From: a bacterium
Lineage (GTDB): Bacteria > Hinthialibacterota > Hinthialibacteria > Hinthialibacterales > Hinthialibacteraceae
Assembly (NCBI GenBank): GCA_963662285.2
Contig: CAXXMV010000002.1
Coordinates: 960,001 to 1,024,000 of the forward strand
Length of the DNA: 64,000 nucleotides
Reading direction: 5' to 3'
Shown: in pieces, positions 57,559 through 64,000 of the stretch
Layout: every line of letters begins with the position of its first letter
Position numbering within the stretch: the first letter of the stretch is position 1
Position numbers and translations under genes: made by a program
The notes under the pieces: model-generated
The model's input: the letters and a program-made list of their open reading frames with translations, nothing else
What the model was told of the DNA's origin: nothing
Databases searched by the model: none

Positions 57559-59049
57559 TTATTTATCTTCCCAGTGCTTGGAACGTTCGATGGCTTTGTT
57601 CCATCCGGCTCTCATCTTCTCTATCTTACTTGTTTTCATGGAGGGATTAAATGTTTGATCGACCTGCCATTGTTGTGCTATATCCTTGATGTCAGGCCAA
57701 AAGCCTACCGCCAGACCAGCCAGGTAGGCCGCGCCAAGGGCTGTGGTCTCCATAATTTCAGGCCTCACCAGCCGGATGCCGCATATATCTGATTGTAATT
57801 GCATTAGCATCTGATTGGATGAAGCCCCGCCATCCACCCGTAACTCAGTAATGGGAATGTTTGAATCAGCTTGCATGGCTTCCAGCACATCGGTCACCTG
57901 ATAGGCGATGCACTCCAACGCCGCGCGGGCTAAATGACCTGCGGTTGTGCCGCGGGTGATGCCTGCGATGACGCCGCGTGCGTATTGATCCCAGTGCGGC
58001 GCCCCGAGTCCGGTGAAGGCGGGCGACAAATATATCCCGCCATTGTCTTCGACCGAAGCGGCCAGTTTTTCGACTTCGGCGGCGTTTTTTATGATGCCCA
58101 GCCCGTCGCGCAGCCATTGCACCACCGCCCCGGCGATAAAGATGCTGCCTTCCAGGGCGTATGTGATGCGGTCTTCGATTTGCCATGCTACGGTGGTTAA
58201 CAGGTTATGTTTGGAGGTGATGGCTTGCGACCCGGTGTTGAGCAAAAGAAAACCGCCTGTACCATAGGTGCTTTTTACCATACCACGATCAACGCACATC
58301 TGACCGAACAGTGCGGCCTGCTGGTCGCCCGCCATACCCGCAACGGGAATGGGGTGAGAGAAGATATTGATAGATGTTTCACCATACACCTGGCTGGAAG
58401 AACAGACGGTGGGCAGCATAGCGCGTGGGATATCCAACATATCCAGTAGTTCATCATCCCATTCACCAGTATGTATATTAAATAAAAGCGTGCGGGAAGC
58501 GTTGGACGCATCGGTTACATGCCGCTGACCGTCAGTAAGTTTCCAGACCAGCCATGAATCAATGGTTCCGAAGGCCAGTTGGCCTGATTCGGCTTTGTTT
58601 CTGGCGTCAGGGATATTATCAAGCATCCATTTAATTTTAGTTCCTGAAAAATAAGCGTCGAGCAACAGTCCGGTCTTATTCCTGATGGTTGGTTCATGTC
58701 CGGCGCTTTTAAGTTGGTCGCATAACGATGCGGTGCGTCGATCCTGCCAGACAATGGCATTACAGATGGGCTGGCCGCTCTTTTTATCCCAGACCACCGT
58801 AGTTTCGCGTTGATTGGTGATGCCGATAGCGGCGATTTCTTTTGAGGTCGCGCCAGACCGGGCGATAACTTCAGCCGCCACGCTGATTTGCGACGACCAG
58901 ATTTCATCGGCGTCATGCTCCACCCAACCGGATTTAGGAAAAATCTGTTCGAACTCTTTCTGGGCGACATGCTTGATACGACCTTGTCGGTCGAACAGTA
59001 TAGCGCGTGAACTGGTAGTTCCCTGATCCAAAGCGAGAATGTATTTCAT
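57559..59049 (-). CDS. glpK: Glycerol kinase
   Basis: [40 protein letters not shown]; GGAGG RBS before ATG 59049. Confidence 0.97.
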   Translation of the reverse strand: MKYILALDQGTTSSRAILFDRQGRIKHVAQKEFEQIFPKSGWVEHDADEIWSSQISVAAEVIARSGATSKEIAAIGITNQRETTVVWDKKSGQPICNAIVWQDRRTASLCDQLKSAGHEPTIRNKTGLLLDAYFSGTKIKWMLDNIPDARNKAESGQLAFGTIDSWLVWKLTDGQRHVTDASNASRTLLFNIHTGEWDDELLDMLDIPRAMLPTVCSSSQVYGETSINIFSHPIPVAGMAGDQQAALFGQMCVDRGMVKSTYGTGGFLLLNTGSQAITSKHNLLTTVAWQIEDRITYALEGSIFIAGAVVQWLRDGLGIIKNAAEVEKLAASVEDNGGIYLSPAFTGLGAPHWDQYARGVIAGITRGTTAGHLARAALECIAYQVTDVLEAMQADSNIPITELRVDGGASSNQMLMQLQSDICGIRLVRPEIMETTALGAAYLAGLAVGFWPDIKDIAQQWQVDQTFNPSMKTSKIEKMRAGWNKAIERSKHWEDK

Positions 59050-59067
59050 TAGATATGTTACCTCCGC

Positions 59068-59126
59068 GTAGGGTGGGTCGCGCCTCACCGACCCACCAAA
59101 AGATTACTCAATATATGATGCCACCC
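59068..59126 (+). repeat. GTAG-type REP, family B, plus conserved tail
   Basis: GTAGGGTGGGTCGCGCCTCACCGACCCACCAAA. Confidence 0.85.
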
Positions 59127-59205
59127 TGCCTTTGCGTAGGGTAGGGTTTGTCTTATCAACACGTCAAAAGACTACCTTTTCTTTTCAGAAACCCAACATC
59201 ATATT

Positions 59206-59255
59206 GGGTGGCTTAATCAAGGGCTGACCGCAATGCGGTCTTGCCCTTGCCACCC
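59206..59255 (+). repeat. Hairpin repeat, family A (most complete copy)
   Basis: GGGTGG-cttaat-CAAGGGC-t-GACCGCA-a-TGCGGTC-tt-GCCCTTG-CCACCC. Confidence 0.85.
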
Positions 59256-59378
59256 TTCTATTGTTGATTCAAGCTGAGCGGCAACCATTTGGACAAGAGT
59301 TATTTGAAAATAGAATAGTTCGAGAAGAATATTTGAGGGCTATGCGATTCGTTTGGGTGCAAGCGGATTATACCCGCC

Positions 59379-59567
59379 TTATTCGTTTGTTTGATTAGTT
59401 GTAGGCTCAATCGTAGCCTGTACTTTTGGGGATTTTTCTAGTAGGATCGTTTCACGCATGATTTCTTGTGCAGTTTCATCCATGCCTTCCAATGAAATAT
59501 TGAAAGCCACAGCTCTGCGAATCATCGCTTCCCGCTTAACTGGATCCATTTGTTCATAGAATTTCAT
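59379..59567 (-). CDS. Small hypothetical protein (62 aa)
   Basis: AAAGG RBS before the ATG; TATAAT-like box upstream on the minus strand; helical composition. Confidence 0.5.
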   Translation of the reverse strand: MKFYEQMDPVKREAMIRRAVAFNISLEGMDETAQEIMRETILLEKSPKVQATIEPTTNQTNE

Positions 59568-59746
59568 GGTTTTGACCTTTGTTTCTCATGATATATTATA
59601 CTACATTCTTTCTACAAAAGCCAATTATTCATAATCCTCTGCTAGCATGGCAGCCTGAACCTCGGATCGTAGGCGACTTCCCTTGGCGACCGTTTGTTTT
59701 ACAAGTCCAGTTTTGCCACTGCTCCACGCTTACTTAACTTTCTCTT

Positions 59747-60994
59747 ATGAAATCTGTATTCTATATGATCTGGAATTCTATCGAGAGTAATCTAATGTCA
59801 TTTTCCTTAAAACCAATAACCGAATTGATTTTCTATATTATCAATAATCAAAAAAAATGCTTGAGTAAAGATTATTTACTCGACAAGGCCATGCGAAAAA
59901 CCAGACTGAATGACTGGGGCGATTTAGAGTTTCATGAGCCGCTGGAAATCCTGCTGACATCCCTACGCAATGAAGCCCGGCTTAGCCAACAGGGCAAGTT
60001 TATAATCACTCAGCATTACCTTAGGCTGCTGACTAATATCCTTAAGATAGTCGAAGATTGGAAGCAACACCCCGAAATAGCCAATGTGCAAATCAATCCG
60101 CCAATTTTCATACTAGGCTTTCCCCGGACTGGAACCACCTTTTTACACAGCCTCATGTCGCTGGATGCATCGCATCGCTCGTTGCGTTATTGGGAATTGC
60201 TGTTTCCTTCTCCACCGCCGGAACCATCAATGCAAGACTCTGATCCACGCATCAAAATGGCGCAATGGTTTGTCTATTTTATTGACAAGATTTCTCCCAA
60301 ACTGGCTGATATCCATCAGTTGAAGGCTACTGGCGTTGAAGAGTGTTGTTTCATATTCGATCACTTTTTTCTGGATAACATCCACAACATGGTGTTTGAC
60401 GTCCCTTCATATATTCAGTGGTATGACAAACATGATCCCGTCCCATCCTATAAGTTTCACTACCGGATGTTGCAGCACTACGGCTGGAAATATTCCTTTG
60501 AGCGCTACGTACTCAAAGCGCCGAGGCATCTGTTCTGCTTGAAAGCCTTGCTGGAGGTTTATCCTGACGCCCATATAATCTGGACGCACCGCGAACCCAA
60601 GACCGCCATTGCATCATTATGCAGTTTAAGCGAAACCGCCCGGCGTATTGTATCTCATGACGTCGATAACAAACGCATTGGGCGTCTATGTCTGGATTAC
60701 TTTGAGAAAGATTTCAACTCAGCTTATCCAGCCAGGAACGACGCCAAACCCGGGCAGATTCTGGATGTGCCATATAGAGATTTGGTGCATGATCCAATCA
60801 AGACGGTGCAGAAGATATATCAACATTTTGGTTTTTTATATACAGATCAATTAGACAATGAACTCAGTCGGAAAATTCAGCAAAAACCAACTGGTAATCG
60901 TAAGCCGCATCAATATTCATTAGAGGATTATGATATTAATCCAGCGGAAATTGATGAGCGGTTAAAAAGTTATTCTGATGCTTTCGGGGATTAA
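59747..60994 (+). CDS. PAPS-dependent sulfotransferase family protein
   Basis: PIFILGFPRTGTTFLH (5'-PSB), LKAPRH, HREP...ASLCS (3'-PB); start uncertain. Confidence 0.9.
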   Translation: MKSVFYMIWNSIESNLMSFSLKPITELIFYIINNQKKCLSKDYLLDKAMRKTRLNDWGDLEFHEPLEILLTSLRNEARLSQQGKFIITQHYLRLLTNILKIVEDWKQHPEIANVQINPPIFILGFPRTGTTFLHSLMSLDASHRSLRYWELLFPSPPPEPSMQDSDPRIKMAQWFVYFIDKISPKLADIHQLKATGVEECCFIFDHFFLDNIHNMVFDVPSYIQWYDKHDPVPSYKFHYRMLQHYGWKYSFERYVLKAPRHLFCLKALLEVYPDAHIIWTHREPKTAIASLCSLSETARRIVSHDVDNKRIGRLCLDYFEKDFNSAYPARNDAKPGQILDVPYRDLVHDPIKTVQKIYQHFGFLYTDQLDNELSRKIQQKPTGNRKPHQYSLEDYDINPAEIDERLKSYSDAFGD

Positions 60995-61135
60995 TTAATT
61001 CCGATTAATCTATCTTTTAAAAAATCCTGTTTAAAAAATACTTGACAAATAGTTGGGATTTCTGAAATAATCCGAGAATATGTTTTACTAAATGATTACA
61101 TATATTTAAGTCAAGTATGTTATGGGAGGTTTATA

Positions 61136-61750
61136 ATGCGAACCAGGATTAGAGGATTCACTCTGATTGAATTGCTGATTGTTGTTGCAATCATCGGAAT
61201 ACTTGCGGCAATCGCGGTACCCAACTTTTTGAATGCGCAGGTCCGGTCAAAAATTGCGCGGGTGCAAAGCGACCAGCGGTCTTTTGGTATGGCTATCGAA
61301 ATGTACCGGCTGGATAACAACGACTACCCATATATTGACTTGGTTGCTGTGGAGAAATTTGGAGGAAACAGCCCGTTGGAAAACCGTTGGAAAGCCCTGA
61401 CTACGCCGATTGCATATATCAACGGCTTCCCGGTCGATCCTTTTGGCGACAATGATGTTCGAGGCGGATTGAGCTGGGTTGAGCAAACCGGAGGCTCCTG
61501 GAAATATAAGATTTATGATCTGTGGATCGCCAAACCTGGATTGGGGCATTGGGGATGGTTATCACGCGCCATTGAAACTGTGCCACTGCCAGCATCCACG
61601 CGGTATTACTATGCTTCCCAGGGACCGGATGCTCGACCTGAAGCCGACTTTGATTCAGCGGGATTGCCCTTTGATGCCAGCAATGGCTTAAACAGCCGGG
61701 GCGATATCTACTTCGCTGGTCCGGGCTTCCTATCGAACCAGAATCATTAA
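61136..61750 (+). CDS. Prepilin-type N-terminal cleavage/methylation protein (pseudopilin-like)
   Basis: GGAGG RBS; G|FTLIELLIVVAIIGILAAIAVPNFLNAQ; paralog of 3124. Confidence 0.9.
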   Translation: MRTRIRGFTLIELLIVVAIIGILAAIAVPNFLNAQVRSKIARVQSDQRSFGMAIEMYRLDNNDYPYIDLVAVEKFGGNSPLENRWKALTTPIAYINGFPVDPFGDNDVRGGLSWVEQTGGSWKYKIYDLWIAKPGLGHWGWLSRAIETVPLPASTRYYYASQGPDARPEADFDSAGLPFDASNGLNSRGDIYFAGPGFLSNQNH

Positions 61751-61861
61751 GATAATTTGTGATATTTTTAAGTTAAAATACCGCATAAAAAATCAAAATG
61801 GCGCCTATCTCTGCGTTTTACGTGAATGGGTGGAATATTGAATCTGAAAGAAGGGTGAAAA

Positions 61862-61891
61862 AATGGCTTGCCAGGGGATTGGCAAGCCATT
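61862..61891. terminator. Terminator between convergent genes
   Basis: AATGGCTTGCCA-6nt-TGGCAAGCCATT preceded by an A-tract. Confidence 0.8.
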
Positions 61892-61904
61892 AAAAATAAA
61901 CAAT

Positions 61905-63716
61905 TTATAATCTTCGTTGATTAGCGGGTAGAACCGATTTGCGCAGGCGGATGGATTTTGGCGTAATTTCAACCAGCTCATCTTCCCGGATGAACTCAAT
62001 AGCCCGTTCCAAGGTCATCGGCGTTACAGGAGTCAACATAACGCTGTCATCTTTACCTGAGGCGCGCATGTTAGTTAGTTTTTTCCCTTTACATGGATTC
62101 ACATTCATATCCTGCATGCGGCTGTTCTCTCCGATCACCATTCCCTCATATACCGGATCATTAGGAATGACGAATAGCGTACCGCGCGATTCAAGGTTAC
62201 CCAGGCCATAAGCCACTGCTGAACCCTGGCGGTCGGCCACTAGCGAACCAGTCAGGCGGGTGGGGAACTCGCCTCTAAACTCTTCATAGCCTTCAAGGAT
62301 CGAATTAAGTAATCCCGTGCCTCTGGTATCAGTCAAAAATTCGTTGCGATAACCGATTAGTCCGCGTGATGGGATGGAAAATTCCATGCGCACCCGGCCT
62401 GATCCGGAATTATGCATATTAACCATACGGCCTTTGCGCATCGAAAGTTTCTCTGTCACGATCCCGACAAATATTTCATCACAATCGACATAAAGGTGCT
62501 CGATAGGTTCAAGCGTTTTACCGCCTTCTTCTCTATATATTACATGGGGTCGTCCAACGCTGAGTTCGAATCCTTCCCGGCGTAAAGTTTCGATCAGAAT
62601 GACCATTTGAAACTCGCCGCGTCCTTTAACCAGAAAAATATTGGCGTCTTCGGTATCTTCAACCTGTATAGCCACGTTGCTCAATGTCTCTTTAACCAAG
62701 CGGTCGCGAATCTTGGTTGATTGAACGATCTTGCCTTCCTGGCCGGACATGGGAGAAGTATTGACGCCCATTTTCATTGAGACCGTCGGTTGATCAACCG
62801 TGATTCTCATTAGTGCTTTGGGCGCTTCCTGGTTGCAGATTGTGTCGCCGATGAAGACGTTTTCTATACCAGCCAAAATGGCTATATCGCCTGGTCCAAC
62901 AAATTCGGCCTCTTTTAAGTTGATTCCATCGTAGACTTCCAATTTTGATATACGTAAAGAGGTTGTTTTCCCGCCTTCACCTAAGCAGACCAGGTTATCG
63001 TTGCAGCGGGCGGTTCCATGAGAAATTTTGCCAATGGCCAATCGTCCCAGAAACTCTGAATAATCCAGATCAGATACTAGCATTTGGAAAGGTTCATCGG
63101 GATCGAAGGATGGAGGTGGAATTTCATTGATTATGGCCTCGAAAAGCGGCCTCAGGTTTTCACCCGGTATATCCAGAGAAGTTGATGCTGTGCCTTCCCG
63201 CCCGATAGCATATAAAACCGGAAACTCTATCTGCTGCTCACTGGCGCCCAGGTCTATGAAGAGATCGTACACTTCATTTAACACTTCATCCACGCGGGCG
63301 TCCTTGCGGTCGATTTTGTTAATCAGGACAATGATTTTCAGGTCGCCTTGCAGCGCTTTCTGCAGCACAAAACGGGTTTGGGGTAATGGGCCTTCAGAGG
63401 CATCTACCAGTAGGATGGCGCCATTGACCATCATCAAGGCTCTTTCAACTTCTCCCCCAAAGTCGGAGTGACCCGGCGTGTCGAGAATGTTGATTTTGAT
63501 GTTATCCCATAATACGGAACAGTTTTTGGCGGAGATGGTGATTCCCCGTTCCCGTTCCAGGTCCATGCTGTCCATTACCCGTTCGTCGATATGCTGATTC
63601 TCTCGAAAAGTGCCGCTTTGTTTGAACATGGCATCGACCAGGGTTGTCTTGCCATGATCGACATGGGCGATAATGGCAATATTACGTAAATTTAAGTTAG
63701 CTGATAACGTCTTCAT
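61905..63716 (-). CDS. typA: Translational GTPase TypA/BipA
   Basis: IAHVDHGKTTL, ERERGITI, DTPGHSDFGGEVER, GRGE, KKLTNMRASG, ELVEITP. Confidence 0.98.
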   Translation of the reverse strand: MKTLSANLNLRNIAIIAHVDHGKTTLVDAMFKQSGTFRENQHIDERVMDSMDLERERGITISAKNCSVLWDNIKINILDTPGHSDFGGEVERALMMVNGAILLVDASEGPLPQTRFVLQKALQGDLKIIVLINKIDRKDARVDEVLNEVYDLFIDLGASEQQIEFPVLYAIGREGTASTSLDIPGENLRPLFEAIINEIPPPSFDPDEPFQMLVSDLDYSEFLGRLAIGKISHGTARCNDNLVCLGEGGKTTSLRISKLEVYDGINLKEAEFVGPGDIAILAGIENVFIGDTICNQEAPKALMRITVDQPTVSMKMGVNTSPMSGQEGKIVQSTKIRDRLVKETLSNVAIQVEDTEDANIFLVKGRGEFQMVILIETLRREGFELSVGRPHVIYREEGGKTLEPIEHLYVDCDEIFVGIVTEKLSMRKGRMVNMHNSGSGRVRMEFSIPSRGLIGYRNEFLTDTRGTGLLNSILEGYEEFRGEFPTRLTGSLVADRQGSAVAYGLGNLESRGTLFVIPNDPVYEGMVIGENSRMQDMNVNPCKGKKLTNMRASGKDDSVMLTPVTPMTLERAIEFIREDELVEITPKSIRLRKSVLPANQRRL

Positions 63717-63729
63717 GTATTATTTTTTC

Positions 63730-63999
63730 TCACATAAAAAAGCCGCCTACAGGCGGAGATTGGTCTCTTTGCAGTATAAAAGCTGTTTTCGATAATATAT
63801 TCGTTGATGACCGCGCTTGGCCTTCGATAAAGCCAATTTTTATACGGTTTTCTAGAAACTCGAATAAGAAGGTTATTGCACAAAAGACTCCGAGTATAGA
63901 ATTGTAATCGGTAATTATAAAAAAGTAAGCTCCCGGAATAATAATTCCAATACTCATTGCGGCGCCTATGCCGTAGAACAAAGTAATAAATTCGCTAAA
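63730..63999 (-). CDS. Possible 3' end of a membrane protein gene truncated by the window edge
   Basis: Frame is open to the window end with two hydrophobic segments, but its end overlaps a terminator-like CCGCC-TGTA-GGCGG-CTTTTTT hairpin. Confidence 0.35.
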   Translation of the reverse strand, partial: FSEFITLFYGIGAAMSIGIIIPGAYFFIITDYNSILGVFCAITFLFEFLENRIKIGFIEGQARSSTNILSKTAFILQRDQSPPVGGFFM

Positions 64000-64000
64000 A

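Noticed and set aside
59050-59088. N-terminal extension [13 protein letters not shown] of GlpK
   Set aside because: It is derived from the REP and RBS; the conserved start is ATG 59049.
26334-59255. Family A/B repeats as a CRISPR array or integron attC sites
   Set aside because: Copies are dispersed kilobases apart with no regular spacers, no cas or intI gene is present, and I saw no RYYYAAC/GTTRRRY ends.
59641-59725. GC-richer intergenic stretch as an ncRNA
   Set aside because: No recognisable family motif or second copy; an Rfam cmscan would be needed.

Overview
Bacterial chromosomal window with about 45 CDS, mostly housekeeping or accessory genes: sdhCAB, carA plus a split carB, proC, larE, glpK, typA, transporters, GT-C glycosyltransferases, an ECF sigma/anti-sigma pair and a GH29 fucosidase. 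I found no rRNA, tRNA, CRISPR array, integrase or transposase. Stand-alone pilin-like genes and exported proteins ending in a short 'xxWxL(F/Y)' tail suggest an uncultured diderm lineage such as Ca. Hinthialibacterota/OLB16 or Sumerlaeota (inference only). Highlights: (1) a membrane receptor fusing an sCache_2 carboxylate sensor, two PAS domains, a CBS pair and a DUF294 nucleotidyltransferase, with no kinase, next to an enlarged DUF4212 protein and an ActP-like symporter. (2) A candidate C-terminal sorting signal on two unrelated exported proteins. (3) carB split into two genes exactly at a REP-like element that supplies the stop codon. (4) At least six families of short palindromic repeats, including MITEs nested inside REPs, a covarying hairpin family and a duplicated gene end. 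(5) An uncharacterised cluster: a GM-repeat exported protein and two paralogous ~135-aa helical proteins flanking a 1147-aa repeat lipoprotein. (6) A larE-WYL-unknown gene run. All product calls come from motif recognition by eye; no database searches were run.
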